DNA from: Vicugna vicugna
Taxonomy: Eukaryota
Direction: 5' to 3'
Assembly: GCA_013265495.1 (NCBI GenBank)
Contig: MU057521.1
Location: 682,001 to 746,000 of the forward strand
DNA: 64,000 nt
A program made the position numbers and the translations under genes. Shown piece by piece: positions 39,420-51,779 of this stretch; positions within the stretch are counted from its first letter, which is position 1, and each line of letters begins with the position of its first letter. The notes beneath the pieces were generated by a model. That model did no database searches, was not told the origin of the DNA, and saw only the letters and a program-made list of their open reading frames with translations.

Positions 39420-40010
39420 TGTGGCAGCTGTATTTCCTAAAGATGGCCACAATACCACCTCCCATCCCACAGGCCACAATAGTATCTCCCATCCCACAGG
39501 CTCTTCTAGAGCTTGCCACTCCCTCATTAAGAGGTTGAGCCTGATTCCCTTCACCTTGTATATGTGGACTGGCTAGTAGTTCATAACCAACAGAATGTAG
39601 CAGAAGTGAAGCTGAGGAGATTCTGAGGCTAGGTCATAAAAGGTGACACGGCTTCTGCTTTGAGAATGGGACTCACACAGGAGTGCTGACTATACACACA
39701 GTCCACCTGCCCTCATGGAAGCCACCATGCAGTTAGGAAGCCCAAATTAGTCCATGTGGAAATCACACATGAAGGTACTACATGAAATCACGTGAACAGA
39801 CAGAGATGTCCCAGCAGCCTCCAGCTGCATCAGACCCCTGCCACCCCAGTCTAGCCCCACGTGTCTGCAAATGCCTAAGAAACTCCACACCAGAACCACC
39901 CAGCCAAGACGCATCCAAATCCCTGACTCAGAAACCACAAAAACACAATGATCGTGTTTCAAGCTACTACATTTTGAGGTGATTTGTTTCATAGCAATAG
40001 CTAGCCAGAA
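39420..40010 (+). mobile_element. MaLR solo LTR (MLT1G/H-like)
   Basis: tgtggcagctgtatttcctaaagatggccacaa...aaccaacagaatgtagcagaagtga...ttctgaggctaggtcataaaagg...aagctactacattttgaggtgatttgtttcatagcaatag. Confidence 0.85.
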
Positions 40011-41029
40011 ATCAGGAACTAGTGGCAAAATGGTTCAGTACCAGGTCAAACGATGGCAGATCAGTGGAGTGGCTCCCCCCTTCCTTGATGTGTGAGACAT
40101 TTGTGCCTTTTGGTCCAAGTATGAGGCTAGCTGGGGACCTTGATGTCAAAATTAGACTGGATTCTGATGAGCCTGAAAGGCCTGAGAAGATCCTGGATTC
40201 AGAACAGTTCTCACTTTTGAGAATGTTGGTCACTTCTGGATGATTCTACTTTGCTTGTAAGGACTTAGTTTTTGCCCAGTTTATCTTGGGCCATTTCGGA
40301 ATCATTTTTTACGTATCACTTGTTAACATTGTAGACCTTCCCAAAGAATTACAAACTTCAGCATATATTCCATAATCCTAATGGGACTAGACTTTTGGGG
40401 GGCAGGGGGGCCCTGTTCAGAGTTCACATGAAGACCACCTCACACAATTGCTTGAAAGGTGTTCTCAGTTACTAAGCTAGAGAACACTACTGAAGAATAA
40501 TCAGGGGATAAAAACAGCCCAGAAGAATGAGGACATTTAACCAATCTCTGCCCCACGATTCTATTATTATGATATAGGTAGAGGCAAGTTGCTGCTGAAG
40601 CCTCACAGATCAAATAATCACTCTTATCATATGCGTCTGGCTGGGCATGTTCCGCTGGGGAGATCCAAGATACAAAGTGGTACCAAGGAGAAGAGAAATG
40701 AATCTCAGACTCTTATAGACAATGCCTTCTACAGACTAACAGACTATACCTTCTATAAAGGTTACTGAGATCCACAGATAATAGACAACGTCAGCCTAGT
40801 GACTGATCAGCTAATTCTAATGCAACTTGACTCACTGTATTAGTTCACTCTGAGGTATTTCTAGAGTAGATTTCCCATTTCCTAATAGAACTATGAAGTG
40901 GCTAAATTCTGTTACTCCAATTGAAGGGTGTGTGGGAACAACGTGTTAAGGAGCTGATAATAAATGGTGCTTTTCAGGACAGCTTTTAAACGAATTCTTG
41001 ATCTTCTTTCAAAGGCAGATTTGCATGGT

Positions 41030-41460
41030 ATCCCTTTGCATGGATATCATCATTTTTTAAAATCATCTTTTGTTGGAAATCTGGATTAGTCTAGTTTGTG
41101 CTGTAATAAGAATACTGTAATAAATATCTATGCATTTAAATTCAAGTAAAATGTATATTATAATCTTTTCCTTAGGCTCAACTGTATATTCATTTTAAAC
41201 ACATAACGCACTGCAAAACTGCTTTCAAGAAAGCTTTTGTTAACCTACACTCCTGTCTGAAGTGTATGAGAATGTCCAGTTCCCCACATTCTCAGAAACA
41301 TTGCCAGCTTATTTTTTAATGTTTTTCAATTCAATGGGGTGAAATGGTTTTTATTTTTCAGCTAACTGTGAAAGTAAATATTTGTCATATACTATACATC
41401 ATTTTATTTCCGCTTTCATGAATTTCTCTTATTGTCATTTGATCATTTCTTTTGGAATGA
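41030..41460 (-). mobile_element. Ancient L1ME-like fragment (host of the younger L1; appears to continue at about 42345-42600)
   Basis: ctgcaaaactgctttcaagaaagc...acactcctgtctgaagtgtatgagaatgtccagttccccacattctc; after the younger L1: ttccttaatatgttaaggataataagcctttg. Confidence 0.6.
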
Positions 41461-41479
41461 TCTTCTTTTTTAAAATTAT

Positions 41480-42339
41480 TTTTTAAACATTTTTTATTGA
41501 GTTATAGTCATTTTACAATGTTGTGTCAAATTCCAGTGTAGAGCACAATTTTTCAGTTATACATGAACATACATATACTCACTGTAACTTTTTTTCACTG
41601 TGAACTACCACAAGATCTTGTATATATTTCCCTGCGCTATACAGTATAATCTTGTTTATCTATTCTACATATACCTGTCAGTATCTACAAATTTTGAACT
41701 CCCAAGCTATCCCTTCCCACCCTCCTCCCACTTGGCAACCATAAGTTTGTATTCTGTGTTTATGAGTCTGTTTCTGTTTTGTGTTTTTGTTCTTTGTTTT
41801 TTTTAAGATTCCACATGTGAGCGACCTCATATGGTACTTTTCTTTCTCCTTCTGGCTTACTGCACTTAGAATGACATTCTCCACGGACATCCATGTTGCT
41901 GCAAATGGCGTTATGTTGCCTTTTTATGGCTGAATAGTATTCCACATCTTCTTTATCTTTATGTTGATGGACATTTAGGCTGTTTCCATGTCTTGGCTAT
42001 TGTAAATAGTGCTTCTATGAAAACTGAGGTGCAGGTGTCGTTTTGAAGTAGGGTTCCTTCTGGATATATGCCCAGGAGTGGGGTTACTGGATCATATGAT
42101 AAGTCTCTTCCTAGTCTTTTGAGGAATCCCTGTACTGTTTTCCACAGTGGCTGCACCAAACTGCATTCCCACCAGAAGTGTAGGAGGGTTCCCTTTTCTC
42201 CACAGCCTCTCCAGCATTTGTCATTTGTGGACTTTTGAATGATGACCATTCTGACTGGTGTGAGGTGATACCTCATTGTAGTTTTGATTTGCATTTCTCT
42301 GCTAATTAGTGATACTGAGCATTTTTTCATGTGCCTATT
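41480..42339 (-). mobile_element. 5'-truncated younger L1 (ORF2 C-terminus plus 3' UTR)
   Basis: ORF 41959-42330(-) [28 protein letters not shown]...[18 protein letters not shown]...WKQPKCPS is the L1 ORF2 C-terminus with its C-x3-C-x7-H-x4-C motif; MEYYSAIK continues in ORF 41760-41945; T-rich tail at the left end. Confidence 0.95.
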
Positions 42340-43159
42340 TGATTATTGTCTTTAACATTGAGCATAAAGATTCCTTAATATGTTAAGGATAATAAGCCTT
42401 TGTTTTCTCATGAATGTTGCCTAATATTTACACATAAAAATATAATAATTTCTAATAATTATTTAGTTCAATCTATCAAAATTTTCCTTCAGTACCTTTG
42501 ATAATACTTGGGGAAGGTTTCTTCAACTCAGGATTGTAAAAATAATATTCACATGCATCTTCTCTTAGTACTTTTTATTTTGTTTTTCTATGTGTTCTAC
42601 TAAATTGCATAGTTTACTTTTTCCCATTTGACTCGAGTGGAGGGTGAATGGCAAAGAAACAGGTAGAGGTTGACCTTGAAAAGAATTAGAGAGAAAAGAT
42701 TTTCTCATATCAACCCCCTTCCCCTGCAAAATTAAGGAAGTAAAACGCTAAACCACCAGAGATAACTTCATGGTCATATCCCTTTAAATAAACAACTGAA
42801 AAATATATAATTTTAGGCCACTGTAATTTTTCAAATCCCAATTTCCTCATAAGGTTTCCAAGCATCTCTACAAAGAACTCTTTACATTACAAGTGATGCC
42901 AAAATCGAGAGCACTTCTGACATGTAAAGGCTCATTGTATTTGCTGTCCAAGAACAAAAATGTCATTCGTAAAAACTCACTGTTTCCTTGACTTTTGTTG
43001 CCTTATAGTAATTACCTAAGCCACTTAATACATTGCTGGAAGAATACATATTAAAATCAGTATGGAAAAAAATATTAATTAAGTCAAGTTAAAAGCTTGA
43101 AGGCCTAGAAAGAATAATAATGTCAAGCTGTTAAACACTTTTCTATTATGAAAAATACA

Positions 43160-43350
43160 CTAGTAATCAGTTAATATTTACTAAGCACCTAATATGTGTC
43201 AAATACTGTACTAGGTATCAAGGATACAAGGATAAAAGACACCATCTGTGTTCAAAGAGCTAACAGTGTGGGGAAAAAAGGGACATGTAAATAGTTACAA
43301 TACTAAATAATGAAAAGCCAAGACAAGAAATTCACAAGGTACTTTGAAAA
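43160..43350 (-). mobile_element. L2 3' end
   Basis: aatatttactaagcacctaatatgtgtcaaatactgtactaggtatcaaggatacaagg. Confidence 0.7.
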
Positions 43351-45368
43351 AAAGATAGACAAAAGGGGAAACACATAGGAGGTAAATATAAATAAGAACA
43401 GGACTTATTCTATAGTATCAGGTCATGATAATCTGATAATCCTTTAAAGAAGATTATTATCCTCAAATTTGAGGCTCAGAAAGGTTAAGGAGACACCCAG
43501 TGTGTCACACATCAAGCAGTCGAGCTGGAAATAACCTTACCAAAATGCCCTGATTCCAGATTATGCGCCCTTCTTTAAAAGAGAGATTTTTTTTTTTGAA
43601 ATCACGTTCTAGAAGACAAGTTTCTCTTTTCCTTTAACAGAATAAATTATAAACATCAATTAGATTTTCCTTTTGTTTTATTTTGTTTTGTTTTGTTTTT
43701 CCAGTTTTTCTTTTCCTTGAACAGATTAACCAGCAGTCTTTTTTGTGTGCATTCCTTATACATCAGAAGAATGAAAGATAAAATATCCACGACTCCAATG
43801 TGAGTCGGGATTATGTAAAAGGAACAGTATGTGAGAACTGACGGGTCAAAACATCCTTAGCTGAGCTGAAGTTCAAGTCAGCTAGAGGAAGCCACATGCA
43901 GCAGGCCCAGCTGTAGGTCAGGAGCCTGGATTCAGTGTGTGCGCCTGGGGAGTGGCGAGAATTGCTAAAGGGAGAGGAAGGAGTTCACATTCTTCATGCC
44001 CAAAGCTGCTTTGAAGTTTGGGACTAAAAAGAGAAGGAAAGTTCTCGCCTCTTTAAATAATCAGGCATAGAAGGATGAATTTTTTATCCCTAAGTCTAAA
44101 ATCAAATTTATTACCTTGCCTCTAACTAGTGCTTCCTCTCACCTTCCTGCTGTAACCTAAGCACAGAAGTTTCCTTTCGTTGTTTCCCTGCACCCAGCTT
44201 CCTTTATATCTGACCAGTTTGCAAGTATTGGAGACTCTGTCTCCTCAAGAGTTGAGACATCTCATAAACTTTTCCGCCCGATCCCTGGTTGAAGGTCTCC
44301 TTACCAGCCTTCCCTGAATCCCCACCCGAGTCTCCCACCCTTCTCCAGTCCTCTCCAGCATTACTGCTATACAGAGATTTGAACAGTTACGTTTGCATGC
44401 TCAGAAGCCTTTAGAGGACGTTTCAACTTCTAGATGGCTGACTGAGATTGAAAGAGGTTAAGCCACTTGTTAAAGATTGTGCAGATAAGAAATGTTAGGG
44501 CTAAAACTGAAACTCGGTTTTGTTTGGCTTCACAAACCATTCCTTGATTAAATATATCTGATGCTAAAGTATTTATCAAATTAATAAACTGTCTTAATTT
44601 TAGACAACAAGCTTACTTTTGCCCCCAAACTCTTCTTCCCATGGTTTAAACTTTATGGTCCAGGGAAGACTACAGAATTGTCCTACCTGCCTCAAGTTGT
44701 GTAGGAAGTCAAAGTTACAGCAGAAAGTAGTCAGTAGTGATTATTTGTAATTTCTTATCAAAGAAGAACTTTAGCCAAAAACTTACATTTAAAACACATT
44801 CTTTTTTTAATGAACAAGCACAAATATAATGCAATTATAAGTGTTGTCTAAGACTAGATATTAGTGAACATGTGAGACAAGTCTGAAAAATCAAAACTTA
44901 CCATTCTTATCTAACTGGAGTCAAAGACACTGCCCATAGACTGAACTGCAGTTTCATTAGCTTGATTAGAAGTGAAAACTGGAGGAAGACTAAAGTAGGT
45001 CAAAACCTTCTGGCTCCTTTAGGATTAAAACATTTACCAGATACTAAGTATGTGTGAAAGGATCAGTAAGAATCTACTTGCCATTCTTGGAGGATATGAA
45101 ATGAAAGATGGGACACCCTCAACTGGAAAAATTGATTATAATGAGAATGAAAAGCAAAGAAGAATTGGGCATGAACTCTAGCAAAAGGATTTCTAAAGTG
45201 GAAATTCCTTTATTCATGACTCAAGCTAGGGAATTTATAGCTTGAGGGTCAACGTATATACAGGATACACAAAGCAGGTTTTATGATGGGACTTATCAGG
45301 TTTTTCAAAGACAGCTCTTAATTACATAATTCAAGCTTTCTACCATTTTCTGTTATATTCCTCTCACC

Positions 45369-45401
45369 CACACATTCACACACACACACACACTCACACA
45401 C
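45369..45401. repeat. (CA)n microsatellite, interrupted
   Basis: cacacattcacacacacacacacactcacacac. Confidence 0.85.
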
Positions 45402-48035
45402 CCCTACTATTATATAAAGCTATGTATTGTTCCTAAACTCTTCAATAAGCCACCCTTTACCTCCCCCTCAGCCACAGCAACCCCACAGTTCCATTCCTGA
45501 ATGTCTTAAAACAGCACTCGCTCTCCTCAACTAGTTTGGTTGTGGGAAGAAGAGCAAAAAGAACAAGTGGTGACAAAGCGAGGATTTCAGAGACTAGTCA
45601 CAGCTTGACTGAACACTGTAACAGCTGAAACTCTCAATCCTGGCTCCGAATTTCCATAGTTTTTGAGGAACTTAGGAAAGTAGGAATTCATAAAAAAAAT
45701 AAATAATCAAAATTAGAATAAGCAAGAACGATGACCACCTTTTCTAAGAAATCTCCAAGGAAGTTAGGTATTCTTCTGTTCAATTTTAAAAAAAAAGTAA
45801 TACCATAATTCTTCAACTCTAGACAGACCATCAATTTATTAACCGCTTCTTTGAGGGATGGGAGAGGAAATGTGATCACATGAAATGTACACACTGATTT
45901 TCATATATATCCCATTTCAGAAATGTTAACTTTGGGGTCAGAGGCAGTGTTATGAGGCAGGTAAGGTGTGGAGTAGGGGAGTGGAAGACAGAGCACAGCT
46001 CAAATCCAGAAAACCTAGTTAGTACCTGGACAACCTCTTCTGGTTCCATGGAGTTGGTCGCCTCCTTAGATGGGTAGCTTCAGATAGGCTGGTGAGTTGA
46101 TAGCCACAAAAGAAGACTGGAGCTCCTACTCACTTAATGACTGCCCAGGAGAAAACTGAGCTGGAACATCTGTAGCAAATCAAAGACTTCCGGTGAGAGA
46201 ACTGCCTCACCTTCCGGAGAGAAAACCATACTGTACACCACTTCCAAAACACATCCCCAGTGGTGGACTTTGGTTGGCAGCACAGGCGTACACATACAGA
46301 TCCAGGAATGTTGAAAGTTTTTTTTTTTACAGAAGCACTGAACATATTTTCTTTATGGGATTCCCAATGGGAATCTTCTTGTCTGTGAATTGTGGATATT
46401 CCAAAGATACCATCATCATGTGAATTTTTCAATCCAATTTATAAATGTCATCACCTGTTCTCTATGGATTCTGTACTCCAAACTGAAGGATTTTGACTCC
46501 TAAGTAAAATAGGTTTGTTCATATTTCTCAAGAGAGACGCTTGACTGGGAGGTGAGATGCTGTTGTGACACTGAGTTGTATTCTGATTTAATGTTGATGC
46601 ACCTTACAGTACACTGTCATATTTCACTGTGATATCTAGGGTCTTCACAAAGTTTTTTTTTTCTTTTTAAGGACATTTTTAGGCTCTTTTTATAAGTAAA
46701 AGTAATAGCTTAAGAAGTTTAGCTGCCTAATACCACAGCACCACTGCCTGTATTTTCTTCCGTAAAGGCATGAGGCCACATCACAAAGTTACAACACCCC
46801 CTGGTTCTCAGGGGGAGTCACTAGCAGAGGCGACTGACTTTCTGTTTCTGTAGAGACGTCATCTGAGCTTTACTGAGTAGTCCTTCTATTAGCCATCAAA
46901 AGCTCAGGAAAACTGGAATAACGAAGAAAGAAATCAGAGAGAGACCATAAAAGCCCAGTTCATTTCAAGGAGAAAGCAGTAACCATCCCTTCCCCCTGCA
47001 TTTTAAATATCACAACAAATTTAAGTAACGAAATAAACAATTCACTGAGAGCACACTTTTATGTACAGCTTTAATTTCTTCCTACTGTGTTCATTAACAA
47101 GCTGTTTCTTCAGGCAGGATGGGGTGAAAAAAACTTTTAAAAGACTCATTCAACACAGAAGTCAATTTCCACTAATGTAGCCTTCTTGCGGCATATGTGG
47201 TCTTCCAAAGCGGGTCTATATATACATATATACATACATTAGTCTCTTCCTTTATCAGGACAACAGCAATTAGCCTACCTTCAAACACATCATTGCTATT
47301 CTTATCCTGTAGGAAAAAAAGCTTGAATAGGAGAACTATTTTATTTATAATCATTGCAAACTGGTTAGTATGTCTGACAGAACTGATTTTTCCCCTCACT
47401 TGTATAAACAGCTCTAATTGTGAAAAGAATAATGTAACTATTGGATAACTTAGATTTTACTTTCTGAAAAGTTAGGCAGGGAGTATTTTTCATCCATTCT
47501 GCCCTGCGAAAGCAAGAATAAAGTGCATTTCAATCAACTGTAGCCATCAAGTTATTTACCACAGAAAGAGTTTACAGGCACTGTGGGTTTGCAATTTTAG
47601 GTGTGTCGGGGGGAACGTGATGGGGCACATGGGCCACTAGAGCTGTGACAGTGTCCCCAAGGGCTCCACAGGTCCTACACATCCTAAAGACATGTTGTTC
47701 GTGTTCCGTGAAAGGGAAAAATGTGAGGGCTTTGTGCTAATGTGCAGGAAGCCAAGGTGGGCAAGAGACATGAAAGCTGAGGCAACCGGATGGCCTACAA
47801 AATATTCATCACAAAGACTCCACAGAACACCTTCTTTTTCTTGAGCTCTTCAGATCACACTTATCAGTAAAGATGGGGAGGTTTAATTGGCAAGAATGCA
47901 TGTCTAGTTTGTAAGAGATAGGAGAATATAAGAGACAGTCTTAAAATCCCTTGAAATTTCCTCAAATCTCATGCTGTCCTGAAAATTTAGCCAATGGAAG
48001 CCGGACAGAGGATATCTGCACCCACCTGCCACCAC

Positions 48036-48066
<31 letters not shown>

Positions 48067-48069
48067 ACA
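48036..48069. repeat. (CA)13 microsatellite with imperfect extension
   Basis: Pure CA run 48036-48061 followed by tacacaca. Confidence 0.9.
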
Positions 48070-48569
48070 TGAGGCAGCTGCTCACTTAGAATCTCAAAGC
48101 AAGATGTAAAAGTAGCCACAGAAAATAATCAAAACCATGGAAAATAATGCTTAGGCAAAATGTCTACATATGAAACACACATACTGAAGGAAATACATTA
48201 AATAGAGTATATATTTTGAGCTCTACCTTTGATAAATGCAACCCCAAAAGAGAATTTCCTCTATTCCACTGAGCTCTCAATAGCAAGTCCTTCATTAAGT
48301 TTCCTCATCAAAACAAACAAACAAATAAACAAAAAAACAGTGTCTGGTTATTACAGAATTAGGCTGGGCCAGAATATATCACCCAATAGTACTTATCACA
48401 GATGCACAGAGCTGTAAAATAATACATATATACATTAGGCCCTTTCAGAATTTTGGCCCAAAAAGTGCTCACAAGATACGTTCAAGGCTCAGTTCACCCA
48501 CTTCATACACGACCCAGGTAATTTCTCCTTATGTTGCTGTTCAAATGTCAGTTGACACCTTAGTGATTT

Positions 48570-48745
48570 ACAGAATACTTTCACCTACAGCATCCCAACA
48601 GGCCCTCATGGTCGTCCTGTGAGGGAGGTGGGAGAACCACCGCCCAGCACTTAACAGATGAGAAACGAAAGTTCATAGAAGTGAACAAGTCAGACATAAT
48701 GAAGATGGAACCAGGAGCCGAAGTGTCCGACCCTTAGTCTAGTGT
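48570..48745 (-). mobile_element. MIR fragment
   Basis: cctgtgagggagg...acttaacagatgagaaacgaaagttcatagaagtgaa. Confidence 0.6.
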
Positions 48746-50506
48746 TCTTTGGGGAAATTACAGACAGGTCTGTGTCTCACAACATATGAGCTATTCCCAT
48801 GGTGGTTACCAATCCCAATCCCAGTATTCATTCTGGCAGGAGCTATTTTTTTTTTTTTTTTGGTAATGCCCTTTGGTTCATCTTCGAGGTCCCTAAAACA
48901 GCATTGCTATTTCTCACCAATCTTTTTCATTAATTCATCTCCTGGGTTAAATTTCCTCCTTCCAAAATGTTTCCCCTTAGAAGGGATCAGAGGAACATGA
49001 GCTGGGTTTCTCTCTACCAGCCTAAAGGGAAAGGGAACTGCTAATACCTGCTAACCCACCTTTTAAGCACACCATTGTTCTTTATTAACAAACAAGCCGC
49101 CCTAAATAAGGCACACTCGGCTTGCTTTTTACTTGACAATCAACCTGTCTTTACTGCTAGAACTGGTAAGAGGCACAGCCTCCCATTCTGTCACAGAAAT
49201 TCTATAGTGTCCCCCAGCTCTTGCCTCTTCATCAGCTCTCACTTAAGTGATTTCTAATACAAAAATGAAATGGCATATTGTATGAGATGATTATAAGGTA
49301 TCTTTTAAACTCTTTTGTTCATTTCAATAGTGAGTATTTGAGAGGAAGCTAAAATGAGTTCTGATGAGGACAGGTGGAAGGTGGTAATCGAGTTAGCATC
49401 AATGCATTTATTCTAAACCATTTGTAGAAATGGAGCACTGCTTAGCTGAATAGGTCTGAAATCCCCAAATAAACACATCTGTTCTCAGAAGGTGATAGCA
49501 GTTCTTCACATTAACAGTGAAAATATGAAGCCCACAGAATACATTTTAGTCATTTTGACAGAATGGCTTGAGTGCTATGCCACCTCATTAAACCCAGCCA
49601 AAGTAAAGGAAGAAAAGGTTGATGAGGTCGTAGTCCAGGAGTGAGGTGACCAGCTAATCTGACCTGATAGCAGAAAAGGAAATTTGACTGATAAAAGATC
49701 AGGGTAGAAGTCAACATCCCTTTGCCTAAATGAGTCTTTCAGATTAAAAAAAAAAATTGTTGGCTAGTCTCCCTTAGCGTGCCCACAGTAGCACGTAACT
49801 AACAGCACTTTGAAATCTACTGTGACTGATGTAATGATTAACTGACCTTTCAAATCCTAGAAAGGTCACATTAGCAGCCCCTAACAGTGCTTCAGAGCTG
49901 AAGCAGTAGAGTGTGAAACTTGAATCCACCATGAGCCCAGAGAATGATTAAAGTCAGAAGTGATCCATGGGTGCTTATAAACAAAGTCCAAGATTCCTAA
50001 TATCAATAACATGGCATAGGCAGAAGATAATTGTGGGTAGCAAAAAAAGTAGTCAGATTTTCATTTTGATTTTCTAATAAGCAAAGAGAAGCAATTGGGC
50101 TAATGAAAATATTAGTTATTAGCTGTAAATTTTGGAAATGAATGCTATTTTTAAGAGTTTGAGAGGCTGTCGGATCATAAATATTTCAAAGAGCACGCTA
50201 TTAATTCAAGCCAATCAATAATACAGCATAACCCTCCAGCTACCAATGAGAAGAAATTTATTCACTAGTTTATTACTTCTGAAATCCATATTTAAAGGTT
50301 TGGGATTGATTATGCCAAGATAAGTTGTCTTCTTTTTATCAAAATATTATTTATTACTCAAGCACTTCTAAAGCAGTAACATGTTATGACTCTTTAATTT
50401 GTTGAGTAGAAAACTGAATATTTACTGGTATTTTTCTTAAAAACTTGCCACAAGCCCAAAGGAAAGAATCTGACATCATCACATTGTGTTTTCCTTAACT
50501 TGACAG

Positions 50507-50654
50507 GAAGTCAACTTCAAGCAGATTGACTTCAATCAGGACCTCATTTGGGGAGCATCAGTGTTCAATAAACTACTATTTTTTTATTTGGAAAATACTC
50601 AAGTTCAGTGGCTTTATCATCCTGGACTTTACTTTCTGAAAACCTGGCAATCCC
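50507..50654 (+). other. CDH20: 5' UTR portion of the CDH20 start-codon exon
   Basis: Acceptor gtgttttccttaacttgacag|gaagtc at 50506/50507; no ATG before 50655. Implies an upstream non-coding exon that I could not identify in this window. Confidence 0.75.
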
Positions 50655-50900
50655 ATGTGGACTTCTGGTAGAATGAGCAATGCAAAGAGCTGGCTTGGAC
50701 TCGGCATGTCCTTATACTTCTGGGGATTGATGGACCTTACGACCACCGTTCTCTCAGGAACACCAACACCGCCAGGCGAAATCAAAGTGCTCCTGTCAGA
50801 CAAGCCACAGTCACACTCGCGGACAAAGAGGAGCTGGGTTTGGAACCAGTTTTTTGTTCTGGAAGAGTATACGGGAACCGACCCTTTGTATGTCGGCAAG
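50655..50900 (+). CDS. CDH20: Cadherin-20 first coding exon (signal peptide, prodomain, start of EC1; 82 codons)
   Basis: MWTSGRMSNAKSWLGLGMSLYFWGLMDL...RTKR|SWVWNQFFVLEEYTGTDPLYVGK. Furin-type RTKR site followed by Trp2/Trp4, the type II hallmark. N-terminus matches recalled CDH20. Donor AAG|gtaaga, phase 0. Confidence 0.97.
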
Positions 50901-51594
50901 GTAAGAACTGCCAAAGAGAAAGATAAATCATCAGGGTATCGAATATTGAGATCAAATACGAATATGAATTGGATATGACAGCTCACGTAGTCTGAGACCT
51001 GAGAACAATCTTAACTAGTAGTATGTTACTTGACAGTTAGTTGAAATTTAATTTTTGCTGTGTCAGATACCGGTCAGAAAGGAAAGATTTCTCTCCTTGT
51101 TCCTGCCTCTGTTCTGAGTGGGAAAAACTAGGAATTGGATTTTCTGGAGGAAAAACGATGGACCCTGCAAGAATCATTCAAGTCCCTGCAGGGGCAGCAG
51201 CAGCCTCTGGAAAAACAGGACAGGGAAGAAAGAAACTGAGGGACGCAAAGGGAGGAGTAGAGGGTTTTTCGCTTTTTTTTTTTTTCCAAAGCATTTCCAC
51301 AGGTATTGCCTGAGGCTTAAATTTAATGAAAAAAAAAAAGAATAAAACATTCATTTCAGAAGATCCTAGCATGCGCTTTAGGATAGCTGGAGACGATCAA
51401 TGAATATATTTATAAACTTTATACTCTAATTCCCTTGATTTATCTATCATTTCATTTTTAATCCAGGCTTTCTCCTGTGTTTACTTTATTTCAATGTTAA
51501 TCACACACCATTTTGTGAAAGCAACGAAGTGACAGAAAATGGGAAACAAGGAACTAATTAGAAAATAAATAATTCATTCAAATAACTTAAATAC

Positions 51595-51770
51595 TTGTTT
51601 AGCACAGAGGCTAAGTGTGGGTTTCAGAGTCAAATACATGTGAGTTCAAAACCCAGCTCTGCCAACTGCTTCCAGAGTGACTTCGGACAGGTCACTAAGC
51701 CCTGTTTGCCTGTTTTCTCAAATGTCTAATGAGGGTGATAAGAGAACCACAACTTCTCAAGAGTTGTCCA
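51595..51770 (+). mobile_element. MIR 5' part (3' part at about 53095-53190, apparently split by L2)
   Basis: gagttcaaaacccagctctgccaact...gtgacttcggacaggtcactaa...ctgttttctcaaatgtctaatgagggtgataa; resumes cctcatgg...aggattaagtaagctaacacatgtaaagtgctttagcacag. Confidence 0.7.
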
Positions 51771-51779
51771 CATAAGCTC

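Noticed and set aside
40012..40243. Overlapping ORFs on both strands next to an LTR, possible retroviral internal sequence
   Set aside because: No gag/pol/env motifs or primer-binding site recognised.
41959..42330. 123-aa ORF as a host gene
   Set aside because: It is the L1 ORF2 C-terminus in a truncated element.
50901..50978. ORF read-through past splice donors (also 59148-59167 and 62497-62579)
   Set aside because: Cadherin similarity stops exactly at strong GT donors, so the extensions are intronic. The sequence alone gives no evidence for truncated secreted isoforms.
50576..50986. 136-aa antisense ORF over the first coding exon
   Set aside because: Shadow of the CDH20 exon with no independent support.
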